Shown here one piece after another: positions 21,601 through 30,057 of a DNA stretch of 64,000 nucleotides. Location of the stretch: assembly GCF_000169175.1 (NCBI RefSeq), contig NZ_AAWS01000006.1, positions 71,192 to 135,191 on the forward strand, given 5' to 3'. This DNA is from Microscilla marina ATCC 23134 (lineage in GTDB: Bacteria; Bacteroidota; Bacteroidia; Cytophagales; Microscillaceae). Positions within the stretch are counted from its first letter, which is position 1. Every line of letters starts with the position of its first letter. The notes under the pieces are model-generated. The model was not told where the DNA came from. It worked only from the letters and a program-made list of their open reading frames with translations, and ran no database searches. Both the position numbers and the translations under genes were made by a program.

Positions 21601-21932
21601 ACCTCTACCTCAAACTCTTTGACTGCAGTAAGGGTATCTCCTTTGAACTTGTCTTTGCCAACCACTCCAAAATCTTCCATCGATACAGTAATATTAGGGA
21701 AGTTGCTAAACATACTCAACCCAAACTTGTCAATATCAAAGTATACATGGGCATTGACCGATTTAGCTATTTCTTCATCGATTTTGGCTTTGATGTCTTT
21801 CTTAAAAATAATAGGAATCAAAATACCGAGCAGGATCAGTACTAAGAAGAATCCACCAAAGATAAAAAACAGCCTTTTTATCCATTTTTTCATCTTGCTT
21901 TGGCTTTTTGGTTTTTCACTTTCCTTGTCCAT
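18639..21932 (-). CDS. AsmA-family outer-membrane biogenesis protein (1097 aa) with poly-Thr linker and K/A/E-rich coiled-coil C-terminus
   Basis: N-terminal anchor MKKWIKRLFFIFGGFFLVLILLGILIPIIF then AsmA-like beta-rich repeats; TTTTTTSEGSSTTVSDE low-complexity; last ~150 aa apolipoprotein-like amphipathic helices. Confidence 0.6.
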   Translation of the reverse strand: MDKESEKPKSQSKMKKWIKRLFFIFGGFFLVLILLGILIPIIFKKDIKAKIDEEIAKSVNAHVYFDIDKFGLSMFSNFPNITVSMEDFGVVGKDKFKGDTLTAVKEFEVEVDVWSVLFSDKIQVRGIYLDSPKIYAKVLKDGTANWDIMKADTTQKDEKKPEKDKSDTTQTNFNVGIKRWKIKNADIVYADAATPMYASITKLTHKGSGNFTQAVFDLKTKTTVDKIDFGYENVRYVENKSIDVDLTLNMDMEKNKFTFKQNAIKINEFVFKFDGFVQMVGNDINMDIKYAAKENEFKNILSLVPGVYTEMEEFQKMKTEGKFAFDGFVKGTYNEKKYPAFGLNFKVSDALFQYPDLPTSVNNINIDVSVGNKTSDLEKTVVDLKKLHLDLGRNPIDAKARVEGLSNFKIDANVVAKLNLADLSKMFPMPDIIVRGLFGLNATAKGVYNASSMPNLAAKLTLTNGYAKSKEFPEALDKLTLDASVTNTTGDYKDSEVHVKDLSWTLDNKPFSVKANVVNFADITYDAQMKGVIDLAKVTHIYPLEGMSLAGIIRADITTAGKMSYIDKEQYDKLPTSGEIDISKFSFVSKEDLPQGFKITEAITKFTPKTITLEKFHGFAGKSDIHATGTISNYIPYVFKGHTIKGNVVFKSRRFVVDEWMDSTEGETGKAGSTTVTTTTTTSEGSSTTVSDEVTLVTVPKNIDFVLNSQIDEVEYEDLEIKNIKGKIIVKDGRVLLNGLKFNMLEGGFTMSGAYDTYDVTHPKYDFKMNINRLSIGKAHSSFSVVKKLIPMAQNITGFLSTNLKVSGGLSQYMTPLLDNSLNGFGSIKLTQTQVKGSGMLKNLSMVTGIQELKELNIAGVNIQTEIKNGKMTYQPFDLKVGNYNLNVRGSNDVDGTLNFKVDIDAPKGKIGQSATTAISRLAGVNFDKSDRVNVKLGITGPVNDPKIKVIGSSVQDQVKKVVDDKIEEGKDKAKEVLADAQKRADAIMAEARQKVDAAKAEARKKLDEAKKQADAEYNKFVAAKLNEVQNPLLKAAAKKVAEKAGTKIKQKAYSRAEHEFQKQLQLSNKIIEAAETRRKKVLEEANQKVDNINKKK

Positions 21933-22133
21933 AACCTTATTTATATTTTGGTTTAGAGGTTTTTATAAAAAAATCCGATCTATACTACTTGCTACAGGTC
22001 TTGAGCAAGATAGCATTATTTGCCGAACGATTTATTAAGTTTTGTATGAATATTATTGATGTGTTGCTACGGGCATCCCCAACAAATTTACTTTTTTTTA
22101 TGGGGATGTTCAGTAGGATTCTAAAAAAATAAT

Positions 22134-23621
22134 CTATTCTGAAGCAAAGCTCATTTTTTGTACAAAAAACACTTTCCGTTTGCCAGTACGTTTATTTTTG
22201 ATCCGTTGATACCCCCAAACCAAGTAAAAACCTCCATACCAACGTCGAGTTTGCAATCCCATATTCTCTTTGATGCTATCGTCTGGGTTAGAAGTTTTCA
22301 GCTTTACAGACTTCACCTCATTGTTGGCTTTGCTTTGAGCAAAAGTTTTGGCGTGTAACTCATCGTTAAAATAATAAGTCAAAGACGAGGAGTCAGCCCC
22401 TACATGAAACATAGATACAGGGTAAATCTGTGGTACCTTTACTCTATTGAGTTTAATTACATTGTCCCATTGCATAAAACCCTTGGCATTAAGCGCTATA
22501 CCAATGCTGCGGCTATATTCCCATTCTCTGGGTAAAGGGTTTTGTGGAAACCTTCTGGGGGTAAAAAAAGCACCACCTGGCACCCTTACACTTTCTATGT
22601 ACATGTCGCCACATAACAAATAGGTGTCTTTTTGCCTGACAATCTTATGCAACAATATTTTGTCTTGTACAGTATACTCTCTTTTGCCCTTTTTTTTGCG
22701 TCGGTTTACCTTGCGTTGAATCCGTTTTTGTTCTCGTTCGCTCAAATGCCCATAAAAGTTTTTTAGGTCATTGAAGCTATAATAACGTTTTGACTTCAAC
22801 TCGTTTTGTGCAGTCAAACGCGCCACAAATAACCCTTGATGGGCTTTTTGCTGTTGAGAGTGTGCATATATACCCACCACCAGCTGTTCATTGCGAGGGA
22901 TGGCTATTACTTGAGCATCTTGCAAATATTTATCTTTTTGATTAGGCAAGTTAATGCTCCTTACTTCTTGTCCTTTTTGGTATGACTTAAGCAAAACAGT
23001 AGGTTCGCCCCGGTGCACACTTACTACAGTGGCATTTACAAAATTGTTGAGCGTATCGAGGTATACAGCCTCTACATAAGCTCTCCCCTTAAAGCTTAAT
23101 GGTAATATTTTCGTTTTTTTAAGGATCAAGTTGGTATGTAACATGGCTGGCTCCCCCTGTAGCATGCCTCCTACATACAAATCGTTTTGAGACGCAGCAA
23201 AATGACTTACTTCTAACCTTTCAAGCAGGAATAGTTCAAACTTCTCTAAAAACCCGGCATTGGCATTTACCTTCACCACTTGATAAGTGCGGCTTTGTGC
23301 TTTACCAAATAGTAAATACAGGGTATTGGTAGAGTAAGCAAAATCAATAAAAGGCAAACTCTTTTTCACTACTCCTTTGATTGTCCACTCTGTTTTTAGG
23401 TGATGGTCATATTTTCTAAATACATATTCTACAAACCCTTTGCCCACATTACTACGGGTTTTGTTAAACACCACCACTCCTTTTTGGCCTATGGGAGCCA
23501 TATATAAGTCGTCAAACCCTATGCGTACTGGGACTTCCAGGCGTTGGTTTTGAGCATATACTGAACAAACCAGTAGTACTGACAACAAAAAACATAAACA
23601 ATAACCAATCAGTTGTTTCAT
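22134..23621 (-). CDS. hypothetical secreted protein (signal peptide)
   Basis: 495 aa, MKQLIGYCLCFLLSVLLVCSVYAQ; no recognised domain; its upstream region contains MITE-B copy 1. Confidence 0.6.
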   Translation of the reverse strand: MKQLIGYCLCFLLSVLLVCSVYAQNQRLEVPVRIGFDDLYMAPIGQKGVVVFNKTRSNVGKGFVEYVFRKYDHHLKTEWTIKGVVKKSLPFIDFAYSTNTLYLLFGKAQSRTYQVVKVNANAGFLEKFELFLLERLEVSHFAASQNDLYVGGMLQGEPAMLHTNLILKKTKILPLSFKGRAYVEAVYLDTLNNFVNATVVSVHRGEPTVLLKSYQKGQEVRSINLPNQKDKYLQDAQVIAIPRNEQLVVGIYAHSQQQKAHQGLFVARLTAQNELKSKRYYSFNDLKNFYGHLSEREQKRIQRKVNRRKKKGKREYTVQDKILLHKIVRQKDTYLLCGDMYIESVRVPGGAFFTPRRFPQNPLPREWEYSRSIGIALNAKGFMQWDNVIKLNRVKVPQIYPVSMFHVGADSSSLTYYFNDELHAKTFAQSKANNEVKSVKLKTSNPDDSIKENMGLQTRRWYGGFYLVWGYQRIKNKRTGKRKVFFVQKMSFASE

Positions 23622-23782
23622 TGGGGTTTAACAATTAGTCAAAACTTAAACATCACATCAAAAATGTGTTTGAATATATAACATCAACACCTGGCTGATG
23701 ATTGGGTTTCTAAAAGTTATTTTCGAGGTAGCGTAAACCCAAACTGCACTCTCAAGCGGCAAGTAAAACTAAATAAAAGCTA

Positions 23783-23958
23783 TTTGATCATTAGTGATCT
23801 TTCATAAATAATTTGAGCCATTAAAGTGTATCTATTGCCCTCATTCTTCTCAAAAAAAAAGCTTCATAGCTTTGGCTATGCACCGTTTTTTTTGAATCGT
23901 CTGAGAACAATATATTTTCTTGAATTGGCACATCTTCTTTTTTCCAGATCACTTACAG
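23783..23958 (-). mobile_element. MITE-like element, family B, copy 1 (TIR TTAGTGATCT...AGATCACTTA; internal A9-hairpin-T8 module)
   Basis: ~99% identical over ~166 bp to reverse complement of 58733-58910; 10-11 bp terminal inverted repeats; no coding capacity (ORF 23826-24104 is spurious). Confidence 0.6.
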
Positions 23959-24061
23959 TATTTCACTGTTTTAAAAAAAAAGGTACTGGCAGCTTGTACA
24001 CCAGTACCCAAAATAACAAAATGATTGACGTTAGTGATAGTTTTTATATCAAAAATATATT

Positions 24062-24553
24062 TTACTTCTCTTTAAAGTCCAGTGCCACCGAATTGACACA
24101 ATAACGTAAACGGGTTGGCTCTGGGCCATCACGAAACACATGCCCCAAGTGACCTCCACAAGCACTACAGTGTACTTCTTCGCGTACCATACCATAGCTA
24201 TAGTCTTTTTTTACATTGACCGATTTTTTGGACAATGGTGCCCAATAACTTGGCCAACCAGTACCAGAGTCAAACTTAGCTTTAGACGAAAACAAAGGGT
24301 TTTTACAAGCAACACAAGTATATATGCCCCCTTTTTTATGGTTCCAGTATTTGCCCGAAAAAGCTTTTTCAGTGCCTTGTTCACGCATTACATGAAAAGC
24401 CAATGGACTTAAAATTTCTTTCCATTCCTGATTGGTTTTAGACACTTGAAAGTTAGTGTTTGCTGGCGAAGTAGTGACGGCATACTTTGGTTTCTGGAGA
24501 CATCCTCCTAATAAAAACATAGCCGTATAAATTATTATAAATAACTTCTTCAT
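24062..24553 (-). CDS. msrB: peptide-methionine (R)-S-oxide reductase MsrB, lipoprotein-type signal
   Basis: 163 aa; CxxC ... GWPSYW ... HCSACGGHLGHVFRDGPEPTRLRYCVNS SelR signature; N-term MKKLFIIIYTAMFLLGGC. Confidence 0.85.
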   Translation of the reverse strand: MKKLFIIIYTAMFLLGGCLQKPKYAVTTSPANTNFQVSKTNQEWKEILSPLAFHVMREQGTEKAFSGKYWNHKKGGIYTCVACKNPLFSSKAKFDSGTGWPSYWAPLSKKSVNVKKDYSYGMVREEVHCSACGGHLGHVFRDGPEPTRLRYCVNSVALDFKEK

Positions 24554-24842
24554 TTATTTTGATGGGTTCTAGATTCTTGGTAACAGGTATATTGTATACA
24601 TTATTATACATGTAACAACATGCTTTTATTCAAAGAACGTACATTAATCTGATAATGGTTGTTAAGCAGGTGTTAATCAAGCCCTAAGCATTTGTTAAAG
24701 CTAATATAGGGGCAAAAAAAGACAGGCATCGGTTGAGCCTGTCTGAGGTGAAAATTGCACTATATAAAGAAACCGTTTGTAGGACAGTATTGTTTATTTG
24801 TTCAAATGGCTTAAAAATTTATCACAATGATTGCCTAAGCTC

Positions 24843-25766
24843 CTAAGCAAGTTGTTTTTCTTGCTCAAGCTCTTTTTGAATTTGTTTGGTTGTTTTGGTT
24901 GATCCATCAGGGCTCCAGCCTGGGGGCGAAAACAAATACATAAACTTATCTTGCCAAGTTTTAGCGTTCTTCACGTCTTGCCATAAATCACGGTATTCGT
25001 GAAAAACGATATTGACTAACTTGTTAGAATTAGGCCCTTTAATTACCCCAAACTCTGCCGGAACATTGTCGTCATACGCCTTGTATGTACCAAATAATCT
25101 ATCCCAAAACATAAAAATGGCTGCATGGTTTTTATCAAGGTATTCAATGTTTCGTGAGTGATGTACTGCATGTAACTTAGGAGTATTCATGAACTCTTCC
25201 ATAACACCCAGCTTAGGGAGTTTAGAAGAATGTAACCAATACTGATAAATGGTACTAACCCCCATTACTGTAACAACCATTACTGGGTGAAAACCTAAAA
25301 TGGGTAACCACAACCAAAACAGTGACTTATAAAATAGGGTAAAAATACCGTTGCGAATGGCATTACCAAAATTGTATTGCTCTGAAGAATGGTGCACCAC
25401 GTGGGCTGCCCACAACACCCTTACAGTATGACTCAGGCGATGATACCAGTAAAAACATAAGTCATCGGCAAGGATTAACAATACCCACACCCACCAGATA
25501 GTCCAGTCAATATATTGGTAACCCAACCACTCAACCCGCAAGTCAGCAAAACCTTTGTATAACATATAAAACACTGCTATAGAAGCGGTTTTAGTAAAGA
25601 TAGCTACAATACCCGAAGTAATTGCTACTTGAAAACTACTCCAAAAGTCTTTGGCATTATAGTGGTCCTTGTCGTGTTTATAAGTAAGCAAGTACTCACT
25701 AATGATTAGCACAAAAAAGAAGGGAACACCATAATAGAGGGGGTTGGTAATCTCTAAATTCATCAT
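24843..25766 (-). CDS. fatty-acid hydroxylase / sterol desaturase superfamily membrane enzyme
   Basis: 307 aa, multi-TM, His boxes HRLSH, HVVHHSSEQYNF, HAVHHSRN. Confidence 0.75.
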   Translation of the reverse strand: MMNLEITNPLYYGVPFFFVLIISEYLLTYKHDKDHYNAKDFWSSFQVAITSGIVAIFTKTASIAVFYMLYKGFADLRVEWLGYQYIDWTIWWVWVLLILADDLCFYWYHRLSHTVRVLWAAHVVHHSSEQYNFGNAIRNGIFTLFYKSLFWLWLPILGFHPVMVVTVMGVSTIYQYWLHSSKLPKLGVMEEFMNTPKLHAVHHSRNIEYLDKNHAAIFMFWDRLFGTYKAYDDNVPAEFGVIKGPNSNKLVNIVFHEYRDLWQDVKNAKTWQDKFMYLFSPPGWSPDGSTKTTKQIQKELEQEKQLA

Positions 25767-26022
25767 ATCTTAAAGAAAATTAATTTATCATCATATTACA
25801 ATTAAAATGATGAGCCCAGATAACTTTTACTACTGACTATCAGTTAATTATGTATTTAAAAAATCCACCTAACCTTTGATATATTAAAATCCAGTGACAA
25901 AGATAAAAGGAGAATCTTCATGCTACAATAAATCAAGGCTCTTTCTTGCTTCATTTACCTATGTTACTTACCCTATAGATACTGAGAAATTCACACAATT
26001 GTGTCAGTATGCAGTTCAATAT

Positions 26023-26697
26023 TTAGCTTTTAACATCTTTAGTCAACGCCTCTTCTACGATTTTAATACCAGATGAGGTTCCAATTCTATCTGCTCCAGC
26101 AATAATCATTTCCTGGGCTTTTTCATACGACCTGATTCCCCCAGAGGCCTTGATGCCTACAGTATCGGGCAAAATATCACGTAATAAACGAATATGTTCT
26201 ACCTTTGCGCCTTCAGGTGCATACCCCGTAGATGTTTTCATAAAATCAACCCCGGCATCTACACACACCTTGCTTGCTTCCCTTATTTCATGGTCATTCA
26301 GGTAAGCAGTTTCAAGAATGACCTTCATCATTGCTTCTTCGGCATGAATGACTTGAGAAAACCAAGCCATCTCCTGTTTAATCCACGCATAAGCGTTGCA
26401 CTTGATTGCAGAGATATTAATTACAATGTCTAACTCATTTACCCCTTCTTTTAAGGCGCTTTCTATCTCTTGCATTTTTACTTCGGCTCGTTGGTAGCCA
26501 AAAGGAAATCCTACCACAGTAACCAGTTGCACAGGGGCTTTGCCTAAATCACGCCTGGCTTTTTTTGCCCAATAAGGAGGTACACATATTCCTATAAAGT
26601 TATGAATAACGGCTTCTTCCACCAATGTTTCTATACTTTCGTAAGTCACGGTAGGTTTAAGGTTGGTATGTTCTATATACTCATTAATGTTTTGCAT
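26023..26697 (-). CDS. deoC: deoxyribose-phosphate aldolase
   Basis: 224 aa; Schiff-base region VGIKASGGIRS, DFMKTSTGY. Confidence 0.8.
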   Translation of the reverse strand: MQNINEYIEHTNLKPTVTYESIETLVEEAVIHNFIGICVPPYWAKKARRDLGKAPVQLVTVVGFPFGYQRAEVKMQEIESALKEGVNELDIVINISAIKCNAYAWIKQEMAWFSQVIHAEEAMMKVILETAYLNDHEIREASKVCVDAGVDFMKTSTGYAPEGAKVEHIRLLRDILPDTVGIKASGGIRSYEKAQEMIIAGADRIGTSSGIKIVEEALTKDVKS

Positions 26698-26926
26698 ATT
26701 TTGGGGAGTTTTTGCTGTATCAAGTACAAAGTTAAACTATTTCGGGTATTCTATCCATACCTGTATAGAGCTATTGTTGTTTAGATTAGCCATAGGCACT
26801 TCTATGATAGAGCTTTGGGTGGTTCTAAACTATTATATAACCCCAAACCACATGTAAGCTCAAATAGCCTCGTAACTATACCCTAATACCAACTTACCAC
26901 TGTGTAAACATAAAAACCGTTGTTTG

Positions 26927-27219
26927 TTAAGGAACATGATCGCCCCGTAAACGGGATTTCGGGCATAGCCCTCAACAATAACCCCGATAAGAAATCGGGA
27001 CTTTGAAGCTGTCCGGTTTAGAACATATTAGCTTCGCAGAGCTTGAACTTCGTTCTGCGGTTATCTTTACTGACTTTCGTTACTTTTAGCCTTTGGCAGA
27101 GCTCGGCGCAGCAGGGCTGCAGCCATCGGTTTTCGCCGTAGCTATGGCTACGACTGCAAAAAGTGCCTCAGTCGAGTATACGCCCTCAATCTCGACACTT
27201 ATTTTGAATATGTTCCTAA
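26927..27219. mobile_element. MITE-like hairpin-rich element, family A, long copy (~293 bp; termini TTAAGGAACATG ... TATGTTCCTAA)
   Basis: Shares both arms (AAGGAACRTGATCGC...CTGTCCGGTTTAGAACA...CTGACTTTCGTTACTTTTA...GCAAAAAGTGCCTCAGTC...CCTCAATCTCGACACTTATTTTGAAYATGTTCCTAA) with 38653-38848; internal variable palindromes (cccgtaaacggg, cgcagagcttgaacttcgttctgcg, gtagctatggctac). Confidence 0.6.
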
Positions 27220-27524
27220 GGCGAAGGTAGGAGGTATACAGCAGTGACTTTTGGCGTGATTGATGCTGTTTTTAACATTTTATTGGAGCAAAAAAAGACT
27301 AACATCAAAATATTCTGTTTCCTAATGAGGAATTACCAAAAAAAGATTTTAAAATGAGGGCTCGTTAGAATTTAAATCAATTTTTAGCGTAATTTAGGAG
27401 TTGGTTGTCTTTATATTGTTGTAAAAAACAAAGCAAGGTTGAGCTGGTTTCTTGGGCAAAAAAATGACTTTCTGAGTTGATTAAAAAATGCCGTAAACCG
27501 TTGGTTAATAATTAATAATTACGA

Positions 27525-29231
27525 ATGTTTGACTATCAGAAAGTGTTTTTAGATCACTTTGATCCAAAAACATTTTTAAATTATCAATGGAATGTAAGAG
27601 TATCCCCTGGTGAGGTGTTGCCTTGGCAAGGGTTTTATACAGGACCTCTGGTTTTAAGAGCTTATGAGATAGAAGACCTATGCGAACTATTATTGGGAGT
27701 AGCTTTGTCTGACCTGGCACAGGTTGTCACCCAAGAGCTTGTTTCGGTTACTCAACCTTCTGATGCCAACACTTTTTTATTTTTACATTCTACTACCCCT
27801 GACCTTAATACTTTTTTAGACGATTTAAACAAGCTTCAACAAGAAGTACCAGGCTTAGACTACACTACTTATAAGGAGGTACAGTCGGTGTATTTTACCC
27901 AACCAGGTGACTTGTGTGTAGGCAGGGTAACTGCCTGGGAAACTGCCATTGAAACCGAAAAAGTGAAAGGTGCCTGTATTACAAACATCGATTACTATTA
28001 CCTTTCACAAGCTTTGATTGTATTGGCAAAACAACATCTTGAAACTCCAATACCTGTCATTGAACAGATAATTGATTTTTTGACAGCCCACCCCAATACA
28101 GTGGCAAGGGTATATGCACTTGAGCAGGAAATGCAAATATTTTTGGTATGGCTTAAGCGAATGGCAGAGCTTGACCAACTCAAAATTGACAGCAACTTAC
28201 CTGAGGTTTCACAACATTGGAACAATAAGAAAGTGCTGTACCCTTCGGTAAAACAAGCGCTGAGCATACCCACAGAAAAAATCAAGCAACAAACTGTAAA
28301 AGAAACATTGGCAAGTGAAGGACAACTTGCTGACGTTTACCAAAAACTCAAGGTAGAAATACCCCGTTTGCCTGGTTACATAATTAATCGAGAAAATTGT
28401 GATGAAGCTCATTTTGCCAAGCAAATACAACAGGCAGCACAGCTACTTCAAAGTCGCTATGGACTTACTACAGGTTGTTTTAAAGCCTGTAACTCAGGCG
28501 ATGGGGCACGCATTACTCCCAATATACCTTTAGCTAATGCTGCGCTACTGACCCAACTGGCAAATGAGGCTTACACCTACGGCGATGACTATTTACTCGA
28601 AGCTCATGTTACGTATTTAGAAACTGTAGTAAATGATTTTACCCTAAAAACTACCCCCTCAGCACATATACGCCAAGGCGAACAAGCTCCTGGTATTACC
28701 CTACAGTTTATGGAAGGCACTTCTTGGAAGGGAAACTTATACCTGGATGCCCAACAAGCCGCCAAATTGAATATATCAGCTGAGCATTATGCCTGCATTA
28801 CTCACACAATGCAGGCGTTGGTCAGTGGGTTTCGGCAACATATTGCTGGTTTAAATATTGCTGGAATCGACTTTGCTATTGGTCGTTTAGGTGGACATTT
28901 TGGCGATGAAATAATGTTGGGAGTACAAGACCCTAACCTCTCATTTAACGGAGCTGAATGTTTGCGTACATTTATGGATAAAAAAAACGTGCTTGCTCAA
29001 GGGCTATATGGAGCAACATTGGTCATACACCCTCATATTGATTTTACCCTGCCCGAATTTCGACAAATAGTGGCCGAATGTTTTCCTGAGGCAACTTCCA
29101 AAATGGAAGTCATTAGTATAGTTCCCGACTGTTGGGGTATGATTGCTACCACTGGCAAAACCCCACAAGAAGCAGTTGATCAACTGGTTGCTCTACGCAA
29201 TGTTTTGGCAACAAAAGATATTATTCACTAA
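27525..29231 (+). CDS. hypothetical protein (568 aa), no confident family assignment; weak ATP-grasp-like C-terminal half
   Basis: long ORF with good coding texture; segments GCFKACNSGDGARI and GIDFAIGRLGG are loosely reminiscent of ATP-grasp nucleotide-binding elements only. Confidence 0.55.
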   Translation: MFDYQKVFLDHFDPKTFLNYQWNVRVSPGEVLPWQGFYTGPLVLRAYEIEDLCELLLGVALSDLAQVVTQELVSVTQPSDANTFLFLHSTTPDLNTFLDDLNKLQQEVPGLDYTTYKEVQSVYFTQPGDLCVGRVTAWETAIETEKVKGACITNIDYYYLSQALIVLAKQHLETPIPVIEQIIDFLTAHPNTVARVYALEQEMQIFLVWLKRMAELDQLKIDSNLPEVSQHWNNKKVLYPSVKQALSIPTEKIKQQTVKETLASEGQLADVYQKLKVEIPRLPGYIINRENCDEAHFAKQIQQAAQLLQSRYGLTTGCFKACNSGDGARITPNIPLANAALLTQLANEAYTYGDDYLLEAHVTYLETVVNDFTLKTTPSAHIRQGEQAPGITLQFMEGTSWKGNLYLDAQQAAKLNISAEHYACITHTMQALVSGFRQHIAGLNIAGIDFAIGRLGGHFGDEIMLGVQDPNLSFNGAECLRTFMDKKNVLAQGLYGATLVIHPHIDFTLPEFRQIVAECFPEATSKMEVISIVPDCWGMIATTGKTPQEAVDQLVALRNVLATKDIIH

Positions 29232-29481
29232 ATCTTTAGGACACACACCATCAAACCTTCCTCATTCTTAACACTTATTCACCTCTTAAAAGCAAAATGC
29301 TTGGGAAGTAGGTCTGCTTAAAAAGCCTGCATACCAACTACAAAACCACCTCACCTATTTCTTCGGTTATCCTGCACCTAATGCTCTCAGGCTGGCAAAT
29401 TCAGCAAAATGGTAGTACCTTCGTGTCAAATACCTAAGCGCTTGTTTAAATCCATATTCTGATCCCCAAAAATAACAGATA

Positions 29482-30057
29482 ATGAAACCGTTTATTCTTA
29501 CCGAATTTATTTTTATACTTTTAAGTATCACTGGTTTTGTTCTAAAAATAGCCTTGGTGTTTTGGGGTACTCCAGTGCTCATTATTGGCTTACTGGGTTT
29601 ATCCCTCATTTATTTTAGGCAAGGCTTGCGCCCTGCTTTACTCAATGATCAGCCTACTGCTGCCAGTGACCGCTTTTTTATTCCTCTTTACAAGTTAGGG
29701 TACCTTTTATTTGCCATCAACACCTTGGGGGTACTGTTCAAAAGTATGCTTTGGGACACTCGTTTTTTAGGCTTTAGTATGTTTATACTCATGGCATACA
29801 CAATATTTATTGCTGCTCAGGTACTCAAAGGAAAATTTTTTTTCAAAAAACTCCTGATCAAATCGATCTTCATTGCTACACTGGCACTTACCTTTTATCA
29901 AACACCTTTGTCTAAGTTGATCCAACTCTATTACCGTGACCAACCTGAGTTTGCCCAAAAGTTTATTGAATACCGAGAAAACCCTCAGAACGAAGTCAAG
30001 AAAAAAAACTATCTTGAAGCACGCAAAAAGATGTTAAACAAAAATGCAAAAAAATAA
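29482..30057 (+). CDS. hypothetical integral membrane protein (4-5 TM)
   Basis: 191 aa, hydrophobic helices; overlaps next gene start by 14 nt. Confidence 0.5.
   Translation: MKPFILTEFIFILLSITGFVLKIALVFWGTPVLIIGLLGLSLIYFRQGLRPALLNDQPTAASDRFFIPLYKLGYLLFAINTLGVLFKSMLWDTRFLGFSMFILMAYTIFIAAQVLKGKFFFKKLLIKSIFIATLALTFYQTPLSKLIQLYYRDQPEFAQKFIEYRENPQNEVKKKNYLEARKKMLNKNAKK

Noticed and set aside
21099-21845. 248-aa plus-strand ORF (and several 60-160-aa ORFs 18790-21552) inside the AsmA-family gene
   Set aside because: They lie antisense to or out of frame with a 1097-aa ORF that has a clear family signature; their composition is low-complexity.
23826-24104. 92-aa ORF overlapping MITE-B copy 1
   Set aside because: It spans the A9/T8 low-complexity element and the intergenic region, and the equivalent frame is not conserved in copy 2.
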